Assembly (NCBI RefSeq): GCF_963921235.1
Contig: NC_086097.1
Coordinates: forward strand, 151,530,001-151,594,000
Reading direction: 5' to 3'
From: Mobula hypostoma
Lineage: Eukaryota
DNA: 64,000 nucleotides
Positions 25,000 to 37,061 of the stretch are shown here, one piece after another (the first letter of the stretch is position 1; the number at the start of each line of letters is the position of its first letter). Both the position numbers and the translations under genes were made by a program. Under the pieces are notes generated by a model, which was not told the origin of the DNA, ran no database searches, and was given only the letters and a program-made list of their open reading frames with translations.

Positions 25000-26480
25000 A
25001 ACGGGTTCTAAAAGAGGTAGCATTAGAGATTGTGGTGACATTAGAAATGATCTTTCAAAAACCATTGGACTCTGCCATAGTGCCAGAGGACCGGAAGATT
25101 GCAAATGTCGCTCCATTCTTTAAGAAAGGAGGAAGGCAGAAGAAAGGAAATTATAGACCAGTTAGCCTGACATCAGTGGTTGGGAAGATGTTGGAGTCAA
25201 GTGTTAAGGATGAGGTGATGGCATACTTGGTGACACAGGATAAGATATTACAAAGTCAGTATGGTTTCCTTCAGGGAAAATCCTGCCTGGCAAACCTGTT
25301 GGAATTCTTTGAGGAGCTTAAAAGTAGGATAGATAAAGGGGATGCAGTGGATGTTGTATATTTTGACTTGCAGAAGGCCTTTGTCAAGGTGCCACACATG
25401 AGGTTGCTTACTAAGTTAAGAGCCCATGATATTACAGGGAAGTTATTAACATGGGCAGAACATTGGCTGATTGGTAGGAGACAGTGAGTGGGAATAAAAG
25501 GATCCTTTTCTGGTTGGTGCCAGTGACTAGTGGTGTTCCACAGGGGTCGGTGTTGGGACCACTTCTTTTTATGCTGTATAGAAATGATTTCGATGATGGA
25601 ATATATGGCTTTGTTGCCAAGTTTGCAGATGAAACGAAGATTGGTAGATGGGCAGGTAGTGTTGAGGAAACAAGTAGGATGTAGAAGGACTGAGACAGAT
25701 TAGGAGAATGGGCAAGAAAGTGGCAAATGAAATACAATGTTGGAAAATGTATGGGCATGCACTTTAGTAGTAGAATAAATGTGTGGACTATTTTCTAAAC
25801 AGGGAGAAAATCCAAAAATCTGAGATGCCAAGGGACTTGAAAGTCCTTGTGCAGAACACCCTAAAGGTTAACTTGAAGAATGAGTTGGTGGTGAGAAAGG
25901 CAAATGCCATGTTGGCATTCATTTCAAGAGGTCTAGAAGACAAGAGCAAGGATATGATGCTCAGGCTTTTTAAGGCACTGGTGAGGCCTTACCTTGAGTA
26001 TTGTAAACAGTTTTGGGCTCCTCGTCTTAGAAAAGTTGTGCTGGCATTGGAGAGGGTCCAGAGGAGTTTCACAAGGATGATCCAAGAATGAAAGGGTTAT
26101 CTCATTGAAACCTTCCGAATGTTGAAAGTCCTAGACAGAGTAGATGTGATGAGGATGTTTCCCATGGTGGGAGAGTCTAGGACAAGAGAGCACAGCCTCA
26201 GGATGGAGGAGCGCCCTTTCAAAACAGAAATACAGAGAAATTTCATTATCCAAAGGGTGGTGAATTTGTGGAATTTGTTGCCACATGCAGCTGTGGAGGC
26301 CAGGTTGTTGGATGTATTTAAGGCAGATATTGATAGATTCTTGATTGGATATGGCTTCAAAAGTTATGGGGAGAAGGCTGGGAACTGGGGTTGAGGAGGA
26401 GATGAAAAGGATCAGCCATGATTGAATGGTGGAGTAGACTCAGTGGGCCAAATGACCTCCTCCTGTTCCTATTTCTTATG
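25000..26480 (+). mobile_element. 5'-truncated CR1 LINE, RT pseudogene
   Basis: ORFs 25032-25487 (GNYRPVSLTSVVGK..QYGF..DVVYFDLQKAF), 25484-25684 (SGVPQGSVLGP..FADETK), 25783-26394; frameshifts and stops; tail tcctatttcttatg. Confidence 0.93.
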
Positions 26481-27080
26481 TTTTTATAAGTGTTAATGGA
26501 ATTAAGAAATATGCTTTTCAATTGGACTTTGTGTTTTGGAGAAAGAAGGTAGCTGAATACCAGGCAGGTCAGAATGCATCAGAAGCACCCATCTGCCTGT
26601 ATCCCCTGTTCTGTACTTCACTGCCTTGGGACTTCCCTTTCTGGCTATGACTGTATTTTGTTAACTGTGTGACTAGAAAACAAGATGCAGAACAATGCCT
26701 TTGATTGTAACAACTAGTTGCATCTTCGATTATTCTCCTGCTGCTTTCATAACAGACTTGGTTAAGATTCTGGTTTAGACTTCAGTGCATTACTACTTTT
26801 ATTTTTGGGCCCTCTTTCTCAGATTATACTAATGTTGATGCATCTTGAATTACCATGCTGATACCAAAATTAAAAGATTTGAGGTATTACAAAAGCAGAT
26901 TGCATGGATTATGTTTGTACTCCCTTGACAATGGTGGGTTACAAAATTATCTGTGTTAAACAATTAAAAGATTTGAATGCACAGGTAGAAACTGTCTTTT
27001 CTGCTACTGAGTCTGGGACAAAAGGTTTATAATAAAATTAGATTAAGGCTGAACATCAATGTTATATAGGATTTTTTTAA

Positions 27081-27707
27081 GCATTTATAGCGAGAGGATT
27101 CGAGTACAGGAGCAGGGAGGTACTACTGCAGTTGTACAAGGCCTTGGTGAGACCACACCTGGAGTATTGTGTGCAGTTTTGGTCCCCTAATCTGAGGAAA
27201 GACATCCTTGCCATAGAGGGAGTACAAAGGAGGTTCACCAGATTGATTCCTGGGATGGCAGGACTTTCATATGAAGAAAGACTGGATGAACTGGGCTTGT
27301 ACTCATTGGAATTTAGAAGATTGAGGGGGGATCTGATTGAAACGTATAAAATCCTAAAGGGATTGGACAGGCTAGATGCAGGAAGATTGTTCCCGATGTT
27401 GGGGAAGTCCAGAACGAGGGGTCACAGTTTGAGGATAAAGGGGAAGCCTTTTAGGACCGAGATTAGGAAAAACTTCTTCACACAGAGAGTGGTGAATCTG
27501 TGGAATTCTCTGCCACAGGAAACAGCTGAGGCCAGTTCATTGGCTATATTTAAGAGGGAGTTAGATATGGCCCTTGTGGCTATGGGGATCAGGGGGTATG
27601 GAGGGAAGGCTGGTGCAGGATTCTGAGTTGGATGATCATAATAAATGGCGGTGCAGGCTCGAAGGGCCGAATGGCCTACTCCTGCACCTATTTTCTATGT
27701 TTCTATG
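27081..27707 (+). mobile_element. Young 5'-truncated CR1 3' end
   Basis: ORF 27132-27626 (LVRPHLEYCVQFWSP..TRGHSLRI..FFTQRVVNLWNSLP); tail ttttctatgtttctatg; very similar to 39340-39976. Confidence 0.93.
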
Positions 27708-27853
27708 CTTAACATAAAAGGTAGTGAATTTTGAAGTTTCTTCTCAAAGTGCATCAGAAATTTTGATTCTGCACAAAGCGCAGAATCAGATATCGCTGTG
27801 ATGATTGTATGCTCTAGTATCAATTGGTTGGCGACAATAAAGTATAAAGTTAT

Positions 27854-30800
27854 TGTCTGTGCCATGTGAGTATAGGAATAGAGTGAGGTGGAGGGTTAAT
27901 GCGTGGCTGAGGGATTGGAGCAGAGGACAGGGATTCAGATTTCTAGATCTTTGGGACCTCATTTGGGGCAGCAGTGACATGTACAAAAAAGACAGGTTGC
28001 ACTTGAATCCGAGGGGGACCAATATCCTGGCAGGGAGGCTAGCTAAGGCTATTGGGGTGAGTTTAAACTAGAATCACTTGGGGGATGGGAACCGAACTGG
28101 AGATGGAAGAAGGGGTGGTTGGCTCACAAATTGAGAAACAAAACAGATGAACTTCAAATGTGGATCAGTACTTGGAACTATGATGATGTGGCCATTACAG
28201 AGACTTGGATGGCTCAGGGGCAGGAATGACTACTTAACGTGCCAGGCTTTAGATGTTTCAGAAAGGACAGGGAGGGAGGCAAAAAAGGTGGGGACATTGA
28301 ACTGCAGATCAGAGATGGCGTCACAGCTGCGAAAAAGGAGGAAGTCATGGAGGGATTGTCTACTGAGTCTCTGTGGGTGGAAGTTTGGAACAGGAAGGAG
28401 TCAATAACTCTACTGGGTGTTTTTTATAGACCACCCAGTAGTAACAGGTTCATCAAGGAGCAGGTGAGGAGACAGATTCTGGAAAGATGCAATAATAACA
28501 GGGTTGTCATAGTGGGAGATTTTAATTTCAGCAATATTGATTGGCATCTCCCTAGAGCAAGGATTTAGATGGGGTGGAGTTTTTTAGGTATGTTCAGGAA
28601 GGTTTCCTGACACAATATGTAGATAAGCCCACAAGAGGAGAGGCTATACTTGATCTGGTATTAGGAAATAAATCTGGTCAGGTGTCATTTCTCTCAATTG
28701 GAGTGCATTTTGGAGATGGTGATCACAATTCTATCTCCTTTACCATAGCATTGGAGAAGGATAGGAACAGACAAGTTAGGAAAGCATTTAATTGGAGTAA
28801 GAGGAAATATGAAGCTATCAGGCAGGAATTTGGAAGCATAACTTGGGAACAGATATTCTCAGGGAAATGGATGACAGAAATGTAGCAAATGTTCAGGGGA
28901 TATTTGCATGGTGTTCTGCATAGGTACATTCCAATAAGGCAGGGAAAAGATGGTATGGTACAGGAACTGTGGTGTACGAAGGCTGTTGTAAATCTAGTCA
29001 AGAAGTAAAGCTTATGAAAGGTTCAGAAAAACTAGGTAATAATAGAGATATAGAAAATTATAAAGCGAGGAGGAAGGAGCTTAAGAATGAAATTAGGAGA
29101 GCCAGAAGGGGCCAAGAGAAGGCCTTGGTGAGCAGGATTAAGGAAACCCCCAAAGCATTCTTGTTGTTCGTCCATCGTCGTCGATGAAGACCACGACACC
29201 ATTAGTCATAATGATGGTGTCGAGACTAGCGCATGATTTGGATTTAAGTGAAGTTCCCAATTCCCATCTGGATCCAGTGGCAAGACAAGAGTTGAGACGA
29301 CTGGAAATGGGACTGGGCACAGTGGATGACCAGGACGTCTTCTGTGTCATGTCATGCTCTACACATTCCACAACGCTTGCAGAGACTGCCCTCTTGAACG
29401 TTGGACCTTCCATTGGTCTCGCCCGCTCAATCCACCGGAGTCTGTTTTCACATGTTGGGATAGACAACTCCCTATCTCACCGAGGGTTTGAGACCTGTCG
29501 TCTACCCTCACCTGGTTTAGCCGGCTTGTCGAAGCTGTTGCCCAGGGTGTAGCTGCTGTCGCATGCAAACAGCTACGGGGAGCCACAGGTGAGGGCTGAG
29601 TGCCAGGAGGGGACCAAAGGTGGACTAACTGCCTTGAAAAGCACGTGACATGTTCCCCCACCAGAGGTGCTACCCCTCTCTGACACCCCATACACCCCAA
29701 GGCATTCTACAAGTATGTGAAGAGCAAGAGGATAAGACGTGAGAGAATAGGACCAATCAAATGTAACAGTAGAAAAGTGTGTATGGAACCGGAGGCGATA
29801 GCGGAGGTGTTCACTATGGAAAAGGACCTTGACGATTGTAGGGATGACTTACAGCAGACTGAAAAGTTTGACCATATAGACATTAAGAAAGAGGATGTGC
29901 TGGAGCTCTTGGAAAGCATCAAATTGGGTATGTCCCCGAGGCCAAACGAGATATACCCCAGGGCCTCTGGCAATGATCTTTGCATCATCGGTGAGGATGG
30001 GAGAGGTTCTGGAGGGTTGGAGTGTTGCAGATGTTGTTCCCTTATTCAAGAAAGGGAGTAGAGATAGCCCAGGAAATTATAGACCAGTGAGTCTTACTTC
30101 AGTGGTTGGTAAACTGATGGAGAAGATTCTGAGAGGCAGGATTTATGAATATTTGGAGAGGCGTAATATGATTGGGAATAGTCAGCATGGCTTTATCAAA
30201 GGCAGCTGAGAAGTGGCAGATGGAGTTCAACCCAGATAAGTGTGAGGTGGTTCATTTTGGTAGGTCAAATATGATGGCAGAATATATTATTAATGGTAAG
30301 ACTCTTGGCCGTGTGCAGGAACAGCGGGATCTTGGGGTGGGTGTCCATAGGACACTCAAAGCTGCTGCACAGGTTGACTGTGTGGTTAAGAAGACCTGCA
30401 GTGCATTGATTTTCATCAACTGTGGGATTGAGTTCAAGAGCGGAGAGTTAATGTTACAGCCATATAGAACCCTGGTCAGACCCCACATGGAGTACTGTGC
30501 TCAGTTCTGGTCATCTCACTACTGGAAGGATGTGGAAGCTATAGAAAGTGTGCAGAGAAGATTTACAAGGATGTTGCCTGGCTTGGGGTGCATTCCTTAC
30601 GTGAATAGGTTGAGTGAACTTGGTTTTTTCTCCTTGGAGCGACAGAGGATGAGAGGTGACCTGATAGAGGTATATAAGATGATGAGAGACATTGATCGTG
30701 TGGATAGTCAGAGGCTTTTGGCTAGGGCTGAAATGGCTAACACAAGAGGATACAGTTTTAAGATGCTTGGAAGTAGATACAGAGGGGATGTCAGGGGTAA

Positions 30801-31030
30801 GTTTTTTACGCAGAGAGTGGTGAGTGCGTGGAATGAGCTGCCAGCGACTGTGGTGGAGGTGGATACAACAGGGTCTATTAAGAGGCTCCTGGATAGGTAC
30901 ATGGAGCTTAGAAAAAGAGAGGGCTATGGGTAACCCTAGGTGATTTCTAAAGTACATGTTCGGCACAGCATTGTGGGCTGAAGGGCCTGTATTGTGCTGT
31001 AGGTTTTCTATGTATCTATGTTCCTATGAG
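27854..31030 (+). mobile_element. CR1 LINE: ORF1 SGNH-esterase end, APE endonuclease, RT with internal deletion near 30205; interrupted at 29161-29694
   Basis: 27853-28071 (WLRDWSRGQGFRFLD..DRLHLNPRG), 28239-28885 (YRPP, VGDFN, LDLVL, GDHN), 29895-30209, 30172-30933. Sequence jumps from QHGFIKG straight to AEKWQMEFN; tail ttctatgt repeats. Confidence 0.93.
29161..29694 (-). mobile_element. Non-autonomous RTE-derived short retroelement nested in CR1
   Basis: 13-bp TSD ccccaaagcattc (29148-29160) / ccccaaggcattc (29695-29707); minus-strand 3' end ..gacgaacaacaa, a (CAA)n-type tail; no RT ORF. Confidence 0.75.
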
Positions 31031-31310
31031 GGATATTGAGGATGTGGTCAGAAAAAACGGATGTAGGGGATAGGGTGCAGGCATCTGGAATCATGTGAAT
31101 TCCTGGAATAGTATATGGGCTGCTGGGGTATACCTGAGGAATTCAGAGGGGCATAAAAGGGGCATAAGATACCTTTGGGTGAGAAGATCAAGGAGAATCC
31201 TAAGAGATTTTATAAGTATATTAAAGGAAAAAGAGTTAACTGGAGAGAGACTAGGACCTAAAGACTAAAGTAGATATCTTTGTTTAGAGCCACAAATCAT
31301 GGGCAAAGCC

Positions 31311-32495
31311 ATAGAACTGTAGAAAAGTATAACACAGAATCAGGCCCTATGGTCCACCTAGTCCATGCCGAAACCACTTAAGCTGCCTGCTCCCATCAAC
31401 CTGCACTGGGACAATAGCCCTCCATATCCCTACTATTGCATTGAATTGACTTTATTACTTATATCCTTTATATACATGAGTAAAAATCTTTACATTACGT
31501 CTCTGTCTAAATGTGCAATGTGCAATTTATAGTCATTTGTAATGAATAGTATGTACAACAGGATAGCCAATATAACATAGAAATACAGTTAAGTCAGCAT
31601 GAATTAAGCAGTCTGATGGCCTAGTAGAAGAAGCTGTTCCAGAACCTGTTGGTCCTGGCTTTTATGCTGCAGTATCGTTTCCCGGATGGTAGAAGCTGGA
31701 ACAGATTGTGGTTGGGGTAACACGGGTCCCCAATGATCCTTCAGGGCCTTTTTACACACCTGTCTTTGTAAGTGCCTGAATAGTGGGAAATTCACATCTA
31801 CGGATGCGCTGGGCTGTCCACACCACTCTGTGTAAAGTCCTGTGATTGAGGGAAGTACAGTTCCCATACCAGTCAGGATGCTCTCAATTTTGCCCCTATA
31901 GAAAGTTCTAAGGATCTGGGGACCCATATCAAACTTCTGCAGCCATCTGAGGTGAAAGAGGCACTATTGTGTCTTTTTCACCACACAGCCAGTATGTACA
32001 GACCACATGAGATCCTTGGTGACATTTGTGCCAAGGAATTTAAAGCTGTTCACCCTCGCAACCCCAGATCCATTGATGTCAATAGGGGTTAGCCTGTCTC
32101 CATTCCTCCTGTAGTCCACAACCAGCTCCTTTGTTTTTGCGACATTGAAGGAGAGGCTGTTTTCTTGACACCTCTGTGCCAGGGTGATGACTTCCTCTGT
32201 GTGGGCTGCCACATTATTATTTGAGATTTGGTCAATCAGTTTAGTGTCATCAGCAAATCCAAACTTTGCTTAAATGTTGAAATTGAGCTTGCAGCTTGTG
32301 CTGGTAGCTCAGTCCACACTCTCATCTCATTGCTCTGAATGAAGAAGTTTCGCCTCATGTTCCCCTTATCTTTTCACCCTTCACCCTTAACCCTTAACCC
32401 ATGATCTCTGGTTGCAGTCCCACCCAACCTCAGTGGAAAAAGCCTGCTTACATTTACCCCCTCTATACCCCACATAATTTTACATATCTCTATGT
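31311..32495 (-). mobile_element. CR1 3'-tail fragment (31311-31435 and 32256-32495) split by a Rex1-like LINE
   Basis: Similar to 1985-2330; ORF 32374-32649 ends in SRLFPLRLGGTATRDHGLRVKG. Confidence 0.7.
31437..32255 (-). mobile_element. Rex1/L2-type LINE 3' fragment
   Basis: ORFs 31964-32212 (NVAKTKELVVDYRR..VNSFKFLG) and 31604-31927 (LRTFYRGKIESILT); ADDT at the 5' break; 3' end aataaagtcaattcaa. Confidence 0.85.
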
Positions 32496-34273
32496 TATGA
32501 ATGTACCTCTGTACTCCTACCTCCAAGTCATGCTTCCCCTCTTTACTTTGGTAAAAGACCACACGAAGACTTAGGAAATTGAGATAGTTAATAGTCTTGA
32601 GATTAGTCTGTGTTATAGAGGAAGTGCTGGATGTAATAAAATGTACCAAAGTAGATAAGTCTCCAGCACCTGATCCAGTCTATTAAAGAACATTATAGAA
32701 GGTAGAAAATGCAGGAGTTCTAACTGCAATTTTAGCTTCATCATTAGTGACAGGTGAAGACTGGAAGGTGGCTCATGATTTGCCTTTATTTAAAAAGGAT
32801 TGTAAAGAAAAACCTGGGAACTAATGGCCAATAATCCAAATATCTATGGTAGGTAAGTTACAAGAAGGAATTCAGAGGGATAAGATGTACAAGAATTTGG
32901 AAAGAGAGAGGTTCATAAGGATAATCAGCACAGCTTTGTGTGCAGGAGATTAAGTCTTTAGAACTCGAATGAGTTCTTTAGAAGTAACCAAGCAGCTCAA
33001 TGAGGGCAGGGCTGCAGACAGTTTATATGGATTTCAGTAAGGCCTCTGATAAAAGTTGTTTGGCATGGTAGAATGCTGGGGAACATTGTACAACAGTGGG
33101 ACCTACGTGTATATGAATGTGGTTCCCTGGAAGTGACATCACAGGTAGATACAATGCCTTTGCCATGCTGGCCATCATCAGTCTAGGCATTCAGTATAGA
33201 ACTTGGCATGTTATGCTACAGTTGTTAGTTGCATTTGGAATATTGTGTTCATTTTTGGTCACCCTGCTTTAAAAAAATTCCATTAAGTTAGAAAGAGTGC
33301 TGGACTGATTTACGAGGATGTTGCCGGGACTCATGGGACTGAGTATGGAGGGGATATTGAGCAGGCTGTGACTTTATTCAATGGAGCCTAGAAATATAAG
33401 GGGTATATTACAGAGAGATATAACATCATGTGGAGCAGAATTAGGGTGAGTATGCACACAATGTGTTCCAAGTTTGGAGAACCAACAACTAAAGGACATA
33501 GATATAAAGTGAGAGGAGAGATTTAATAGGAACCTGTGGAGCAACTTTTTCTACTGGGAGTGGTCACCTGCCAGAGGAAGTGGTTGGGTACATTAGCAAC
33601 ATTTAAAAAGACTCGGGCAGGTGAAAATGGTTTTGAGGGATGTGTATCAAATTAATTGAGATAGGGCTAGTTAGGAATCTTGGTCGGCATGGATGAAATA
33701 GGCCAAAAAACGCTGTTACCGTTTTATATATCTCACTGACTATATATAGAGGGATAAAAGAAACTGTTTATGTTTCCACAAATGCTACCTAAATTGCCAA
33801 GTGTATACAGTGTTTTCTGCTTTTATATGAAAATATGAACAATGTTAGCCTTTACAAAGATTTCTAGCAGCCTTTAATGTATACTCTAGTCCATGAAAAA
33901 GTTTATAAAGAAACTTTGGGGTTGCTGAATGTATATTTTTCAAATTCAAAATATTCACAATACCTCAGTAACTAAAGCAGAGCACTCTTGCATAGAGTAA
34001 AATCTAGATAATCAGGTATTGATGGGCCTGTGGAAAACAATGCTGTATTGCAAGACTTTCAGTATTGATCATCTTCAACAAGAGAATGTCCTGGGACTTA
34101 CCATTTACATTGACTAGTATTAGCATTGCAAATTTCTCACCATCAAAACCCTGTAGGGTCATATTGACCAGAATCGTATGCCAGCTAGCTGAATATATGT
34201 AGAGGCCAAATGAGCAGGTCAGGAACCTCATGAGTATTCTGATGTAAGAGGTTTAATTCTTGACACCCTAAAG

Positions 34274-34352
34274 CAGGGGTTCACAACTTTTTTATGCCAT
34301 GGGCCTTTACCAGTAATCAAGAGATCTGTGGACCCCAGGTTGGGAACCCCTG
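34274..34352. mobile_element. 79-bp hAT-Charlie-like MITE
   Basis: TIRs caggggttc / gaacccctg; 8-bp TSD ccctaaag / acctaaag. Confidence 0.8.
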
Positions 34353-34399
34353 ACCTAAAGCCTTTCCACCATCTTCAAAACATCAATATTGCAAGAGAA

Positions 34400-34680
34400 T
34401 CATAGAGAGATACAGGCCATTCAGCCCAGCATACGTGCACCATCTATCATCAACCCATTTGCACTGAAACCTGTTCTCCCTACTTACTATCAACTCTTCA
34501 GGTGCTGTCTTTCACCTACACTGCACTTTGCAGTGACCAATTAAACTACCAACTCACAAATCTTAGGTACAATGGAGCACTCGGAGGAAATCCATGTGGT
34601 CAGAGGGAGAATGTGCAAACTCCATCTTGATAGTGCCCAAGATCAGGATTGGATACAGTCTCTGACGTTGTTATCGGAAT
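34400..34680 (-). mobile_element. Degraded HE1-like SINE (tRNA-derived head, CR1 tail)
   Basis: caggccattcagccc tail and ggaggaaatccatgtggtcagagggagaatgtgcaaactcc core; related plus-strand copy near 53470-53670. Confidence 0.6.
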
Positions 34681-35961
34681 ACATTGCATTGAATGCAGCT
34701 GAACAAATGTCAAAAATCTCAAAACCAACCAGGACAAGGATTTCATTTTTCATCCTAAACATTCATTCCTTCCACCCCTGTTGCTCCAAGGCCGCAGTCT
34801 ATGCAATCAGAAAACGCACTGGAACTGTTCATCAAGCTAGCTCAGCAGCAACACAAAAACCTACAACCATAAAGCATAGGTTCTTTCCAAATTATGAGTC
34901 ATCCTAATATGGCTATGCAGGGGTTTTTCCCATCTAAATCTTGAAACTTGTCAACAGCTACATGAGGTTATATTCACCAACAGGAATGAGGTGCTTCAAG
35001 AAGATGGCCCACCTTTTCCTTCTTAAGGACAATTAATAAAAAAGAAATGTTTGAAGCACCTGCATCCTGAAATTGACAAAGTTGTGTATGTGTGACTTAT
35101 AAATCTGAACACAGTAGAAAATGTCAATGTTCCATGTTCTGCAAAAAAACACAAAATACTTTGTGTTACACACATGAAAGTTGCTTGAATTTCCAGCATC
35201 TGCAGAATTCCTGTTGAATACTTTGTGTTTTCATTTCTAAGCCAGTTGTTAGTAAATGCACAACTACTGTGCATAGTTGTGTCATGCATTCGTTGGTTGT
35301 GTTACTGGTCAATAATATCCATGGAAGCCTCTTGACTAAAGAGAACATGGTTGGACTTTGATTTTGTACAATTATGTTAAATGGAAAATAGTAAACTTGT
35401 GTCTCATTTTATATTTCTCCCCTTTTACTTCCAGTGAAGACAAAATTTAAGGCAGAGTTCAGATTCAATTATCTGAAAAAAATAAGATCTGTCAGCAACC
35501 TTGAAGTTTATTGTCAAATCAACTGAGCTTGTTTTCTGATGACTTTTGTCTTCCCTGTTTGATCTAGTCTGTATGTGTCTACAAATTACACTAATGTACT
35601 GAATTGGCTCTTAACTTCCTGAAGTGGCAAAGCATGCCTCTACTTGAAAGCCCTTCACTGGTAAATGCCAGCAAATATAAATTACTTTTTTTTTAAATTC
35701 CTTAATCCAGTGATACTGTAATACATGGATAAATAGTTTAATTTGGGTTATAATGACAAATAAAATTCAAGAATTGAATAGAGTCTGAAAATGATGGCAA
35801 TGTTTTGCAGTTATCTCAAAGGTCAAAATAAATTTATTATCAAAGTATGTACTGTAGATGTTACCATATATGACCCTGGGATTCATTTTCTTGCCAGTAT
35901 TCACAGTAGGACAAAGAAACAATATACTTGTAATAAAATTCTTTATTTGTCCTTTTAACAG

Positions 35962-36370
35962 GAGACTGTGCGTTTGACTTGTCACCGATTAAATGAAGAT
36001 GACCAAAAAGAGCAATCAACAAAATGACAGTCATATAGAATAAAAATCGAACATAATTGTTGATTCCATGTATAAACTGGTTGTAAAATTGTAAATATCT
36101 GTAAATTTAGTTTTTACCAAAGTAGTTGTGTTTTGCATTGTTTATTTGAATAATAGCTGCATTCTCACTTTTCTATTTTAACATAAAATATTTTTCATGT
36201 AATGAACTTTTTTAAAACGAAGTTAAATAGCTCATTGATTTCTAAAATATTCTGGCTTCCTTTGATCCAGATCCAGAAATTTATCATGTTTGTGTTCCTG
36301 TGTTTAACTTTGATAAATAAACAAGAAGCAAAACTGTATTGTATCTGTAATAAAATGTGGAAAATAATGT
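35962..36370 (+). other. Candidate distal terminal exon
   Basis: Acceptor ctttatttgtccttttaacag|G; 3'UTR-like composition with TGTAAATA at 36090; AATAAA at 36316 and 36349. Confidence 0.35.
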
Positions 36371-37061
36371 AGTGAATTTGTTAACTCAGAACTAAGACAA
36401 TTGGAATTATGCACACAATCTTTATTTCTGTGCCAGTGCAAAATCACTGAACTATTTTCTCCTGTAGCAATCTTGCCATCAAATACAATGCTGGAGATGC
36501 TTTAAATATGAGGTAAAATGATGGAAATACTCAGTAGATATGGCATCTATGAAGAAAACAAAGCCATGAACGATTCAGGTCAATGACCTTTCATCATAAT
36601 CTGAAAAAGTTACATATGCAGGATATTTTTCCCTCTGATATGAATTCCATACTACATTTGGAAAACTTAGGCCATAATACAAGGCATAAATTCAGATTAT
36701 ATTAGTTGTGGAATATCTCTTGAATGACAGCAAGATTGTGACTCTAGAAAATTAGATTGTAAATTCCTCAGATTATGGAAGGAGTGGTCAACCACTGGAG
36801 CCCAACCTTAGTTTTTCTTTTGTCCAGTGATTACTACTTTCTTTCTACAAGTTATTGAAATCCATTAATTTAAAATTATAATGTTCTCATTTCAGTTTGC
36901 CATTTCTGTTTCCTTTTGATGTTGTTAGTTTACTTTCCACCATGGTATTTATGTAAGCAGTTAGCTTACATAAATCCTAAACCCTGCAATGTTTTGTTCA
37001 GGCCTCTGGCATGCATTCTTCTCAAGCAGTGTTACTTTGCTTCTTGGCATTTTTGTGCAAC

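Larger units (their letters stand above)
31030..33745 (+). mobile_element. Old degraded CR1 LINE hosting nested insertions at 31311-32495
   Basis: ENPKRFYKYIKGKR-like at 31190-31235; resumes ~32500 with KSP.PD, RT and 3' tail remnants. Confidence 0.75.
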
